A stretch of 64,000 bases of DNA from Pocillopora damicornis (lineage: Eukaryota): assembly GCF_003704095.1 (NCBI RefSeq), contig NW_020846635.1, positions 1-64,000 on the forward strand. Direction: 5' to 3'. A program made the translations under genes and the position numbers. The notes below the pieces were generated by a model that had not been told where the DNA came from, made no database searches, and worked only from the letters and a program-made list of their open reading frames with translations. The number at the start of each line of letters is the position of its first letter. The stretch's first letter is position 1. Shown piece after piece: positions 23,545-38,500 of the stretch.

Positions 23545-26500
23545 ATGACAGATAAATCCTCACGCGAAAGTTTCCAGCAAATTGTATTTCTCATCGACTC
23601 TAATCCTTCATTTTGGGGATCGAACAACTCCGCCGACCATGCTGCGAAGGCCATTCGATTGTGCGTACTTCGATTGCTAACGTACTTTAGTGATTATCGG
23701 GAAGAAAAGCGATCTAATCTACGATGGGGATACAAAATATTCAACTCGAGATCACTTTCACATCAGTTTGAACGACACGACTTCAAAGAATTTTTAGTTA
23801 ACGCGTTTGAGGAATTTGAAGATCATGTGTCGAAGAGGTTGAACGAATCCTTCGCACAACAATGGCAAGAAAACGAACTTGAACCGAAGGAACAAGACGA
23901 TGCAGAAACTACAACCTTTTCGAAACCTGCGGGAGGAGCTAGATGTATTTCTTTTGTTTTTAAAAATGCTGTTCACGATTTTCAGTGGGAAAGGCCTGAC
24001 ATTAGCTCCCCTGTTAGGAGAACTCGTGGAAATAACAACACGCTCTTTTACCTTGACAACAGAACCGATACACATAATGTTATCTTTTTGTTGAGCGGTT
24101 GCCCTTATGATGATGACTCAATCTCGGAATTCACTGGTGAAAATTTGTCTTTCCTTGGAACTGTAGAGGGTTTCAAAAGTATTTTGATGCCCTCAGTGTT
24201 GTACAAGGAATTCGAGGAAAGGCGCATTTGTTTACATTGGGTGAACATAAGCAACTACCAGCAAGAAGAGGTACATGTCTATTTTTTTACATCGGTTTTA
24301 ATGTGATTTAAGATGATGCCAGTCAAGGAAGCTTTGCGGTAATTCTTCCAGAAAATGACACACAAGGCAGTTTCTAATAGCAGGTCCTATGATAGAGCGT
24401 AGATTTCATAGGCACAGACAAATTTCTCTTCTTCTACAACCATAATACCACTCAGAAATCTATTAGCAGCTACTCGGTTAACTGGGCAAGATTTCCGTAT
24501 AACCCTATACTTCATGATGCATACGATTATTTGATGAAAGAAAACAGTCGCAAAAAGCGTTTGCCTCTCAGAGTAATACTTTTTTTCGGATTAGTATATG
24601 GTTACACTGAATTTTTCCTTAGGTGAATGTGCTGTCTTTGCAGTGTCATTGGCTAGTGGTTTGATTTCAAAGTATTGTCAAACTAGTAAACTAAACTGTC
24701 AGTCTTGTTTCCTGCCTGTTTCTTATATGGCTAGCTGGGTTGTTAGAAGGATTTTTATTAAGTGTAGAGAGGTGAAATCCAAAGTAACTGCAACTGCCAG
24801 TCAGAATGAAGTTAAACATTACCAGGAGCCAATGAAGACCCAGTAAAAAAAAAAAAAACAGGAAACAGTCAAACTGGCTGAAGTGTTAGAAAATGTTAGT
24901 GACCAAGCTGAGGCTTGTTTTAGTCTTTTATCTGTTGCAAAGCTGGCATGCAGTTTTTTAACCCCTGAACTCCTATGAGTGACCAAGACATAATTTCTCC
25001 TTACAATATCAATACAATATCAACCAGATAAGCAATGAGAATAAAGAAAATATAAATTTGGTAATAATTAGTTGATCCAATACGAAATTCTCTGTACCAA
25101 CATTATTAGAATTGTATGGTTGACAGTGAGGAGAATTAGAAATTTGATCTGGGAGTTAAAGGGTTAACCAACTTAAGTTGAAGTGCACACAAAACCTTCT
25201 TTTATTCAGTCAAGTTTCAATGAAAGTTGAGATGAAAGTTATCCTGATCAACCTAAAAGATTTGAAACAATTAAGAACAAGGACAAGTTGATGAGTTCAG
25301 TTCTAAAGCGAAAGCCCAAAAATGAATAAATGAATAGTCAGTAAGTGCCTGGTGGAGGCGTGGTGGCCTCATGGTTAGTGCGCTCAACTCCGGATCGGGT
25401 GATCCAGGTTTGAGCCCTGGCTGGGGTCACTGTGTTGTGTTCTTAGACAAGACACTTTACTCTCACAGTACTTCTTTTCACCCAGGTGTACAAATGGGTA
25501 CCAGCAAATGTGCTGGGGGTAACCCTGTGATGGACTAGCATCCCATCCAGGGAGGAGTAGCAATACTCCTAGCCGCTTTATGCTAAGAAAACCGGAGTTA
25601 GGCACCGGCCCCATGGGCTACTTGGGCCCATATAAAGGCTTACTTTACTTACAGTAAGTGTCTGAGTCATGAAGGCATCTGTCAGCCAATTGGAAATAAT
25701 CTGAACCTTAATTAATCCAGCATGTGGATTTGGACTCTTTAAGATCTGTTTGCTGTTTTTGTATTTTTACACGAGTTATTTCTTTTTGTGAATTAGAACA
25801 CTAGTGTTAAAACATCAGTAGAGGTAACAGTGGAACAGCTTGGAGGGTGCCTGATACCTCTTTCAGCAGTCATTTATACAGGGATCTCTGTTGGATCTAA
25901 CTTAAAACCTCGATCTGGAAAAGATGTTTCAGTTTTTGAGCAAGTCAAATCAATTATGGGACACCTACTTCCTTTTAAAACTGTACTGGATTCTTATTTG
26001 TGCAAGAAGTCAACAAAGCCATCAGTACTGGAGGATTTTTCACAACAGTGGGCTAAAGGAAAAATGGATGGTACAGGATTACTGTGTTCTTCAGGTAATG
26101 TCATCAGAATTTATTGTTGTTTAGTTTCTTCAGTAGTGGCTTCTGAAAAGTTACAATATTATTGACAGATCCTTGTGGTAATCTCCAAAAGCTGGAAAGT
26201 GATAACAATAATTGTTATTTATTGTTATTTATTGTTATTTGTTAATTTGTTAATTTGTTAATTGTTTATTATTTGTTAATAATTGTTATTTCTTGTTATT
26301 TATTCTTTTCCTTCTGAAACTCAAAGACTGTAGTCTCCTGATTACCATATAGATAAAGCTTATCACAAGTAGTTTTTCAATATGTGCAGGGCTCAAACTT
26401 AACTTTGAACTTAATAGTCAAATGGCTAGTACATCCTCAGGATTTACTGGTAAGATTGCTTGTAAATGAGCAAAATCCACCAGCCAAAGTTTAAAATTTA

Positions 26501-29500
26501 CCAGTATTTAGCTAGTAGACCACTGCCAAGTTCGAGCCCTGATGTGCTCTAGAATCTATAAAAATCTCACCTTCTTCAGGTTTATCAATGACTTCATTTT
26601 CTCATCATATTTTTGTCTCTGCATTTGTTTTAATTTCTTTCCTCTTTTTGACCTACTTCAGGTCCTGAAGATAAGGTGCATTGTACTGTGAAACTTCACT
26701 CTATGTTTCGGTCGGTGGAAGGACTTGAAGGCTTGAGAAATTCTCATGATAACTCTTCATTAACTGGTCAAGCTATGGATATGGAGAGAAAACAGTCACC
26801 ATCAAATAATGACTCAAGCAACTTGAACCTTTTTTGGATCAGAGGGGTAGTGAGCCACACTTGTGTCTCTCCAACATGGCTTCACCCCACCAAAGGTTAC
26901 TCTTGTATTGGTTTGGACAACAGTACTGGAGATGGTCCTATAGACTCCTCTTTGTGCTCTCAGAAGCTTATTTCTGGGTGGTACCAAGCACTTCTACTTT
27001 CTTTGGCAAAAGAGAACAAATTACTGGTATGAAAATTTTTTAATAAATGATGTGTTACTTAAGTTCAAATTATATAAAGTGCTGTTTCCTAAATTGCTGG
27101 AACTTGTTCATTTGATATGCACATTTGTATGTGTTTTGGGTCTCCCACTAATACAGCATTGGAAACGTAAATCCCCAAAGAAATTGTACTGTAAAAACTA
27201 AAATTTTTTTCTGTATTTTGTTTGAACAAATTTTTGAACCTGACATACATGTAACAGAATTTCCACTAAATACAAATTCTGGCAACTTTATGCTATGCTT
27301 TCAACTTAAATGACTTATGGTTAACAATGCATTTTACGTGTAGTTATTGAAGACAACTGCCTAAATTCCTTTAAGGTAGTAATACTTCTCAAAAGTAGGC
27401 TTACCAAAAACTGTGCCATACATAACAATTAACACCCTTTGTATCACTTCTCTCCCCTATGACCAATTTATTGGGCCTCAGCTGCAGAAGTTTATCTCAT
27501 TTGGAGTTTATCTGTTTGACTTCTGATTTTGCAGTATTTTTTTTATTTTATTTTTTTTTTGCAGAGGCATATTTTGTCAGATCTCCAAAATCCACAAAAG
27601 TAAAAGCCCCCAAAATTCTGATGCCTAAGGGTTGATAACTCTGACTGATTCCTTTAACTCCCAGAAATTATGAACTTCTCCCTTAATATCCATACATTAT
27701 CCAGCGTCTTATTTCTCCTAGAAAAATAATAGAAAATACTCAAACTTGTTCAGTAGTTGTTATCTTGATCTACCACCAAATTCTCCCTAACTAATTTAAA
27801 AGGAAAGGTGTTGCAGCTAGAGGAGAGAACTAACAATCAGATCAGGGGAGTTAAAGGGTTAAAGATACAATGTAGTTCTAACCCTTTGTCTTACAACTTG
27901 TCTTTTTTTTTGGGCAGGTTATTGATTTTCTTGATTGTGATAGCGGGTTACCAGTCACTGGAGTCCTCCAACCTTTGACCTCTGTCTGTGGTGTGATAAA
28001 TGTTATTGCTTCAGAATTTCTTGTAGCTTTTGAAAAGCTTCTTCTGTGGCTTGGCAATTCTTCAAATTTAGACAGAACAAAATTGATAACTGTGGAGGCT
28101 TGCCCAGAATTGATCAGTAACTATAGATCCCAAGATGATCCTAAATCAACTGGATCACTTTCTTACCCTGCAGTCTTTCTTGGGCTCACTGGATCACAAG
28201 GTGAGATGACAGTAAATGTCATAATAACTTGCTACTCTCTTTTGTGTAGTCATACCATAGTGTGATTTTGAAATTCCCAATTGAGACTGCTTTGCATCAA
28301 AAGAGTGTAAATAACAAATTTAAGAATAATGATTGGCAATATTTTGAAATCATGATGTTTTAGGGATAACATATAACAATTATCAAATGCAGATAAGTGA
28401 ATTAAGGAATTAGTAATGACACACACTACACAAAGAAATAAAATTACGTGAGATGTGCTGTCACAGACTCCACTCCAGTAGAACTGTTTATTTTGTTAGA
28501 TACATTCATTGTTTCCAACCTCTTTTCACCCTTCCATTTCTATGTAATATTGTGACCAATTCTTGTGTCATTTGCTTATGACAATGACGACAAGTTATTG
28601 CCAAAGCTTCATGTTTTGGCATTCCTTATTTTTATTCTTAAACATTCTCATATTTGGCAATATAACTAGCAATGGAAATTATGGATTCCTTGAAGATACT
28701 GTACGTTCTTGTGAATAAGTGAGAGCTAAAACATAGACATGCAAGAGAACTAACCTTACCCCTTAACTGGACCTGAAATCAGTATGCATTATCTTCACAG
28801 AGTTCTCCATATGTTTCATTTAGTATTAACAATATTGAGAATTATTTATCAATCAAGAGTTTCTTTAATTGCCTTTCACTTTATTTATTGTTATGATCTT
28901 AGTGTTCAATCCAGTGATGATGATGTGAGGAGAAATAAGACTCTTATCATTCTTAGGAGATAAATTGTTAATGAAATTCCTTACCAACATTTACATATTT
29001 TTCTAAATAGCTTAATTTGCATTAAATCTTTAGATCTGGTCAGAAATAAAGTTGAAGAATTTGATGCAATATCTTTTCATCCTTGGGGTTCCTCTCCTGT
29101 CAAGGAAAACATAATTGGTTCATTTTTGAATGAACTAAAAAGGTATTGTATTGCACTTACAATTTATGTTGTCAATGAAGTGGTACCTATAGTTTAATGC
29201 TTTAACATCCATAAATGATGAACATATAACTTCTCCCTGGATTATCTATACATTATTCAGCAAACAGGTAATTGAGAATATGCAAACTAATCAGGTAGAA
29301 GTTGTATCTTGGTTTAACACCAAATATTCAAGCTAATTTACCAGGAAATGTGAAGCAGCTGTAGAGGGGAGAATTTATAATCAGATCTTGGGAGTTAAAG
29401 GGTTAATAATTTTGAAGGTACATTATGGATTACAAAATGGCACACACTGTAGTCCTGTGCAGTTATTACAGTAGAGGGGTCACAGTGCAGCACTTTTCAC

Positions 29501-32500
29501 CATTCCTACACTACATTGTTTTTATTTTAAGTTGGAAATCCAGAATAAAATGATATGCCACAAGTGGTGCTTGTTGGCAAAATGTTATAGTTAAAATAAT
29601 TGTTGGTATATACAATGACATTACGCACTGAAACAGTGGATAGCGTCAAAGGTGTGCCCTGATTGGTTAGTCAAACTTTAAATATCTGAGCAACTCATGC
29701 AGGATTTGTGCCTGAAGAACTGTAATGGTTGCAAGAACAAATAACTTTTTTTCGGTTGTATTATCTCACTGTTTTAGTATATACCAAGACAAGTATTTAC
29801 CCCAGTGTTGTTGGTTAGCAGTGGATTGCTGCTCTGCTGCTTGGTAGATACATATCCACCACTAGCCAGCTCCACTTTGGTGAATATTTGTTCATTATTA
29901 ATGATGAATATTGACGAAAATATTGTGATTGACAGGGATAGTAAGTCTGAAGAGGAGAGAGAGGATTATGTTGATGATGAAGCTGCTCTAATGAAAGAAT
30001 TGAAGGATCTTTATAATAAGAAAGAAACACATTCAGTATCAGCATCATCCAGTGTAAGTCAGTTATCAAAGAAGCTGAAGGAGTGTGCTGCAGAGAAATC
30101 AGAGTTGGAGAGTACCTCATTGAAGCAGAAGTAAGTACATGTAATAAGGTACATAAACTTCTACTTATAACAGTTGTATGAATGGGTGCTTTGTCTGAAA
30201 CTTCTAGGCTTGGTGGCTAGCCAATCAGTTATTCAAACATGTGTAATACTATTCTTTTGCCTTGTAAGAAGCAGCTCCTTCGAGTGAATGATATTCTTGG
30301 AATCACCCTTGAAAAAATCCGGATAATTTCATGGCCTATTTTTGGGCTGGTTTAATAATTATTTTTCCTTATTAACTTCTATATAATGTCATTGACAATG
30401 ATTGATGAATTTATTATTATTATGTCTTAGATTAAATGTAGTTTGTATGTTTTTTTCAAGTTCAAATGAATTATTGCTCATGCATGATACTTTGGTAATT
30501 TATCAATTGCCAAACTATTGTTAATTTGAAACATAATTTCCTTTTGCTAATGACATATCATGACTGTGATTGACTCTCAATTGAAAAGCAGTCATTTTGA
30601 AAGGAACTTGTAATTCTAGTATCAACTCTTATTGTTTTTTTTTTCTGCAGAAGGAATTTGAGAAAGGAAACAAATGTGGATAATCAGAGGGGCAAGTTAG
30701 ATATAAATGAAAGTCAATCTGCAGTTGAGAATAATAGTGCTGATGTCCTTCCCACTGACAATGATAGCCAGGTGCCCAATGATAGCACTGGAATACCACA
30801 AGTCTCATGTAATCTGAAAGGTACAGTATATAACAGTGGCTACCAAATTATTGACCTTTGAACAGACATCTCACTTACAATTTCTAAATAACTGAGAGAA
30901 GTCATCTTGATTCATGAAATTCCCTACACATTTGAAATAATGCTCTGCTGTATCTTGCTCATTGTTCCAATGATTTAGTGTTATGAGGCATACACTTAAA
31001 GCAGTTATGCAGGTTTATTCATAATTTTTAGACTAATGATTACCTGGAACTGCATGTTTTTGGTGGAGAATTTTTCCATCATTGTTTCTGGAGATATTTG
31101 TTCAGTAGACAATAATTTTGAAGTCAATATCTTGTCAGTGGGCTTTGCATTCAAAGATTATTTTTTCTGGAGTGGCTGTGGTATTGGGGTCATATTTTTT
31201 GTCATAAAAATGAACATTAATTTTTTATTTTTGCAGATGAAGCTGAGTTGATAATGACCATTTGTGATTTAACCAACAAAGTTATTTTGGAGGTAAGGAT
31301 GCAATTTTTTTTTTAATGAAGAATGAACGCACATGTGGTTCAAGAATATTTGACAAAAAAATGTTTATTATTTGTCTCATTACATTTTTTGATTTTGCTA
31401 GGGAGCAAATATTCTTCATGAAATCACAAACATAGTGACCGTAGTTTCCCAATTTTTTGTGAATGAGGATGATAACAGACAGAAGGTATGTTTACACACT
31501 TACATGAGCTTTTACCTTTAAAAATGTTTAAGACATTTTGTATACCCATGATGAGCTGAAGAGAACTAGTGTGCTAAAGAACAAATAGTTATTGATAATA
31601 TTAATACTTTATTATTGTTATGCTTTACCAGGATCAGCAACTGCAAACTTGTTTTGTAATGGTTCCATTACTTCCACAACTTAATTGTTTTTATTCATGT
31701 AGGGGTTGTCAAGAAGGAAAATCAGTATGGTCTAAGAGAAGTAATTCTTTTTTCTTTCCCAGGCACTTGTTTCACAGTTTTTAGAGGAGCATGTACTCTT
31801 CACAGTATCAGCTCTAAGGGAAAAATATGAAGGATGTAGTGATGTCATTAGACAAGGGCAGCAACTCAGAGAGTAAGCAGCTGCTTTTTTTTATCTTTTA
31901 AATCTACATTGTACCCTTGAGCAGGTGTTATGCCTCCCACTTTAAAGAAACAAACAAGTGAGCACAAAGGGGTAACAGGAGACAACCCCTTGGGTGACTT
32001 TTCAATAGTGCTCTAATAAAATGTTTAAAACTTTCACCTTCTTGATTTCTACAGTCATTCTCATTACTGTCTGCCCCATGTTTCCCATAATGTTAGTTTT
32101 GAGAATTTTCTGTTGAATCAAATTATATATGTATGTTGATAGTTTTCTTTATTCTCATCACCTATGTGCTTGATAATGTACTGATGTTATAAAGAGAAAT
32201 TAGTTCTTGGTCACTTCTGGAATAAAAGGGTCAAGACCATGGCACCTCGGACCTTTAAGAAATGAGCCATCAGGCTGACTTAGGGATTTTTTTTAGAGCA
32301 CAGCTTTGTATTAACAAATAAAACTATGCAATTAAAGAAATTGAGAAAAGTTGAAAACAAATGATAAAAAATACATTAATGCATTCAATGGATTACATAT
32401 GTTTTTGATTTACTACTCTGGAATTTTGTTTGAGAACAAACCAATTGTGTGCTGAATTCCAAGAAAAACACTTGGTTTCCTTAGACTGTTCTACAGTAAT

Positions 32501-35500
32501 TGTATGATTCATGATGTCTTAAGTGTAATAAAAATATTGCAAAAACATTAAACTGTTGATTACACTAAATATTTTAGCACAGAAACCTCAACTTGGCTGC
32601 ATAAATTTTAATATCTAATGTCCTTTTCCACCTTGCCTTTGTATCAGGTACCAGTTCCAGATCCTGCTTCGATTGGAGATTGCAGCTCTCATAAAAGCTA
32701 ATGAAAAGAGCTCCCTTGTTGAAGAGGTTGTTACTTTATATCTTAAATAAGGTTAATATGTGCATAAACTGCTGTAGTCAGCATACACCTTTATTAATTA
32801 AATGAATGAACAGAATAAGCTCCATAAGAAACTGTGATGCAGAATTGGTGGGGGGTACAGCAAGATGACTTGGTTTTATCATCCGAGTTGGCCAGTTTAT
32901 ATTATCAACTTAGTTGTTAAAGCCAAATTATCTTCATTTTATTCCATTACACCCTAACATCAGTATATGTTTTCTCCACACTGTTTTCTATACATTTCCT
33001 ATAGTACTGAAAAAGAGAATTTGCTCAACAATCAACAGCCTCTTTAGTTGGTCATCATTTCCTTTGTTCTCATGAACTCAAGGGCTCAATCTTTGTTTTA
33101 AGGGTAATACTGGTAGGAGTCATATTAGTTACTAATCACTCTGAGGGGTTAAAGGGTTGACTGGTATCCTGCCTCTGTGAAAGTATTATGTTTGGTAGCT
33201 AGTGGTTTTAATAACACTTACTCTTTAGGGAGGTCAATCATGTAGAACAAGAGTGGTTTTGAGTGACATTCTTAATTTGTTGACAGTTGATAACTGGGAT
33301 ACATACCCCAGCGATCTTGATCTGTTAAATAAGTCTCATTCGAACCCTGTTGTAGGTCACTGTACTCCTCAGAGCCATCTCATTTATGAAGGACCTGAAG
33401 TTCCTGACTATTTTCCTTCGTGAGGTACTTCTTTTTAGGTAAGAATATTCATTCGCAATCAGAATAATTTTTAATTGAATATCACAAATAAACCACTGGA
33501 ACCCATTGCTTTAATCTTACCACTCGTTGTGATTGATGTGTGTTGGGAGAGGAGGTAAAAACTTCCATCTCTTTATTCCTTACCTTTTCGCCACCTGCAC
33601 CTTTGGCTCCCGTTTTTCGCTCTTTCGTTTGTTTTCATTTGTCAGACACTTCAGATTATTGGATAGCCAACGTTTGTATTTTCATTTTTCTTTCCCGCTT
33701 ACTGCCCCCAACAAGTTACCGTTTCCTGCCCTTTCCTCTTCCGTTTCCCATACTCCACTGAGTTGGCTTATTTTTTAACTAGTTCTCGGCAGTTGTAATG
33801 TCGACAATGTGTTCTATGCAGTTCACTGGTTTTTTATCTTAAAACCCTGTTGGACTAACTCTGCCTGCACGCTTCACAAACTTCAGGTTCAGACAGAAAC
33901 TCGCCAAGTTCCTCTGTGCTGTTTACGAAGGTTTGATGATGCGCCCTCCCAGAGAAGTGTCTACGCCTTCTAAATGGTCGAGTGATGATGAATCGCCAAT
34001 CAGACGCCAAATCAACTCTGTCTCTAGCGCTAAACAAGACTCTAATCAACCCAGGTAACGTACCATTCTTGGCATGTAAATGTATTTTGTTATAGACTTC
34101 GGATTGAAGTTGATTTAAAAGAATTGAAAATAAATCACGGACTTGGCAATCCATTGACTCACATCAATGTAAAAATTTGAAGTGAGTTTTTCGACCAGAA
34201 ACCAGACCTTACTTCCTCGCTCAGTTCATCCTCAATAGAAATAAGTTCTGTTAGATGTCTTCAACGCTCGACCTGAAGTCTTTTTTAAAGGAACTGTTGA
34301 TATTCTACTTTACGTTTTGCTTTACATCTGCAGGTATCTCGCATTTCTGATTTGAACCTTCAAAAAAACTAATTTTTCCAAAAGGAGGGGGTCAGCTGAA
34401 AACTTAAAGCACTATAATCCATATTTGTACCCAGAGATTTTCGCTTGGCGACGTGCAAACATTATTTTCGTCGCTTTGTTTAACATGGCACCCACTTTTG
34501 AAAATGTTTTCCAACCTTTTTTCCAGATTGGGAAAGTTAAGGCTTCGAAAAAATAAGAAAAAACAACAAGGAGCTGTTAACGAGCTAGAAAACAAAACTA
34601 GGCTCCATGCATCAAGCAGATAGATGTTATTTCTCCTGCTTCATTTCAGTCATGAATCACGAAAGACACCGAAATGTGATACGAAATCCTCGCCTGTGGC
34701 TTGTATGTCCTTTTCTTTTTCTTGACAGACACAGGGCAAAATGAAATAAATTCATTCAGTTAACAACGAGTTTTCTTCTTTTTTTTTTACAAGGAGCAGT
34801 GGATGTCGTATTATCACCCGTCGTTCTAGCGTTTCAGATGCTGGTGGTAAAAGGAGAGAGATTGTTGTACCGGGAAAGGCAAAACCAAAGGATAAAGAGA
34901 AAGAAAAGGCGCTGAAGGGGAAACCGCACGTGTCTCTTAGTTCAAGAGGTAAAAAATCTATACAAGTATTATCTTTTCCCGAGGCAAACATAGTTTCTTA
35001 GGACGAAATAATCAAATTATTTAGACTGAAGATGGATACATTGAAGGAAACCTAACAGAATTATTCAGATGTAACGGTATTAATTTCAGAAAATGCTTTC
35101 AAAACGGTTCGAGTTTTTTACAAACGAAGAAATTTAAGATTTGCAACAACTAGTTTGATTTGAAACTTTCACGACTTGAATTTACTTTATGTTTCCGTAT
35201 GGTTTGTGTATTCGTGGTTCGGAAAGCTTGGTTTATATCATTACTGATTTCTTAGGATTTCTTCCCTTTCATTCATCTTTCCCTTCTACTTCTTTATCTT
35301 TTTCTTCTGTGCAGGCTTTAGATGTACTTGTTAGATACCGTTAGAAGTGAGGACGCGTTGTATTATTACATTTCTAGGAGGAAGCCAGAAGGAAAAGAAA
35401 AAAGGGAAGGTTCAGAAGACACCAGTAAAACAAGTTCGACGAAATCTCTTCATTGAATCAAAAGAAAGTGATGAGAATAACTCAACCGCCAGAGCGCCAA

Positions 35501-38500
35501 GGAAAAGGAAGTTGTCACAAGGAGAGAAAAAGAAACACGCAAAGCGACGATTTCACCGGAGGAATACTGTGGGTATGTACAGTAATCATGCTATCATAGA
35601 CCCTTATTTAACTATTCCAAGTCGCCAGCCGAGAAATCAAAACCATGCATCCAACGGTGAAGTTCTGCCGGCACTCAATACATGTTTATGCGGAGAAAAG
35701 GAAGTTACTATTTGAAAAAAATTACAAAACTCTTGCAATTCGCCTCAACAGCGCATCACGCGAGTTTTCCTTTTTATCCTTAACTGCTTCTTCTCATATG
35801 GCTGGATCGGAAAACGTGCAAGCCCAGCCACACCCTTGACGTGATCTCAAGGCGCATGATCGGCCCGAAGTATCCCAGACAAATTTGATATTGAGGTTAG
35901 AGCTAAGTTTTTAGAGATTAACGGCGGTGCATATTTATTTGTTTGACAGGTTCTTTTTCAAGCTCCACGGTTCAGGAGACTCCTGCCCATAAACAGGTCT
36001 CTAATGCATTATGGTACAAACAGGATCGAGCCAGGTCAGTTGCTTTAGTTCCATTACATAACAAAGACGACTATTACCAGCCCTGTAAAACGCTGTAGTG
36101 TCCGTGTACCATGCCAAATGGTTCATGACATTTCGGCTAGCGGCATCCGAAAAGCAATTTGATTTGGCAAACACTAAGGGCCGGTTATTTAAACAAAGTT
36201 TATCCGTTGTTTAACAAAACCGCGTTCTAAGCCATTTTCAATGTAGCCGAACCTTTTGTTAACATTTTTTTCGGTGAGCAGTGTCAAGAGAGCCGAAGGC
36301 CAATAGTGGAAGGAAAATTTATTTAATTAAATCAACCGTCTCAGAGAGAATCCCTGAGGCCCACTGCTTTCGTAAAATCGCTGTTTGGGGTAACAGACCT
36401 CGTGTAAATAATCGGCCCTTAAGGTTTGGTCGTTCTTGCCGTGTAAAGGCGACTCTGGTACGACTCAGATCATACGCGGAATGTCCCATACTCCCTTCTC
36501 TCTTTGGTGAACAAAGATAAAAGAAAAAATGCTTATCGAGCGTGACTCAATCACAAGTGACCCAGTAGTTTTTAAATGATGACCCACATAATAAGTAAGA
36601 AACACGAAGCATGACTAAAGAGCTGAACTCCGAACGACCCAAATCAAACCCAGTAATATAAGACAGAGCAGGATTTGAACCCAGGCCCACCGAGCAGAAA
36701 TAAATTACTTAAACCGCTTGACAATCTTACCTCCCTTTGGTACGGAAACATTGAGTAGAATGTTTAAAAACGGGCCGAAAAGGTAAATAAACAAAAAGCA
36801 ACATCCATATGTTTTCTTTGATTTTTAGAAACATAATCAAACTGTTCAAAAACTCATGATCGAAATCTATTTATTCGGGAACTAAGCATCGACATTGTGT
36901 AGTTTACTATGGAAATTTAATTTTTCCCTGAACGTTCTGTTCTCTGATTCCAGAAAACGTTCTAGAGCTCATACAGAGGTGCATATTTTAGAAGAGTCAC
37001 CCCTTAAAGAGTTAAAAGCAGGTAAATTGTCTTAAAAGTACTTCAAAGCAATATTTTGAGGTGTTGACTGCTACGTGCAGAATTACATCTATCCGCAATG
37101 TTAAGATTTTGAAATATTCTTGAGGCGCCACGTAATTCTTTTCATCTCTGCACAGCGGAAATTAGCAGTAAACGCCGCGCTTAATTTGAGAAATGTGGCG
37201 TTATTTCGAGGTTTATGATAAAAGAGAATATAAAGTACGGTAATCTACACAATCCTTGGATATTTCTGTCGAAAAAACGAGATTTTGCAACTTTACACGA
37301 GCTTCGGTGTTACGTAATGTTTATAACGATTTTCCGAAATTTTTGTCTTTAATTTAGGAAATATACTTTTGAAAAAACCCTGCATTAGAAACTATGAAAA
37401 TTAAATAAACGCCGCGGCGTCATATAGTTATGGTTTTTTAACTGAAATACAACTCTTTGCAGGAGAAGGTCTCCCTCGAAGAAGTCCACGAAAGCCTCCG
37501 CTGGCAACTTTCCAGCGGAGTCAGTCATTCTATGGGCGCTCTGCTAGTACAGGCCCTTTGACAAGGACTAGGTCCTTTAGTGGAGTGTACTCCCGTGACT
37601 CGCCACAGAAAGGACCTACAGAGGGATTGGATTCCATTTCTACTCAGGGAGCCGTTGTGAAAAAGGCAACTCAGAAGTTGTCCTCTCCAGCTCTTTCGCC
37701 ATTGCGATTTTCTCCACGGCAGAAAAAGAAGTTTTCGTTACACAGTTTACTGACCACATCTAAAGAATGTGATCGAAAGAAGGAAAGTACCTTTAGTCAC
37801 CAGAATCCATTAACACCCAAACATAAATTCACGTCTACAGCCACAAGGTCCTCACCAAGGCTCTTTAAAAAGCGCTCATTTTCCTGTATTGGATTTTCGT
37901 CCGTTCCCTTTCCAGAAGCCCATGAGGAACGAAAAGTCATTCCCCTAATTAAAAAGCCCAGCTTATCTGAGAAAACACAACCGCCACAAAAGGACACTCC
38001 CTTGGACGCGAATTCACAGGAGGAGTACATGAAAACCCCGAGGAAAGAGAAATCAGATAACATTTCGGATGTCCGAGTTACAGCTCCAACATCGCATGGG
38101 TCCTCCCCAAGACTTATCAAACAGCGCTTTAATGCCAGAGTTGTACTTCTGTCTCCTGAGAAAACAAAGTCTAAGCCGCTTGGCAGGAGATCCAGGTCAT
38201 TTGATAGTAAAAACTGTACTTCTCCAATAAGAAATGGTAATTGTTTGGATGCTCTCTCGCAAAAACGCTCTATGAAAACGCCCACGAAAGAAAAATCTGA
38301 TAATTGTTCAGACAACATGGTGACTTCTCCCAAATTTACTCTGGCGCAGCATGTAAAGCAAACTCCATCAAAGGATTACTTTATGGATGAATGCGTTATT
38401 CGTCTTACACCAATTCGTAAATCTTTGAAGTCCCCCTTGCATGTTTCTCCAGCGGTTCTCGCAGAACTTTCTCCGTTTTCTCCTCGCCATCCACATCGAA

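Noticed and set aside
25352-25430. tRNA-like sequence (also a B-box fragment near 36665-36690)
   Set aside because: It is the head of a SINE with body, tail and TSD, not a functional tRNA gene.
34650-34702. Candidate extra TICRR exon (SHESRKTPKCDTKSSPVA) with plausible splice sites
   Set aside because: It ends in phase 1, whereas all three tandem acceptors of the next exon (AAG-GAG-CAG, 34791-34799) need phase 2; inclusion would frameshift.
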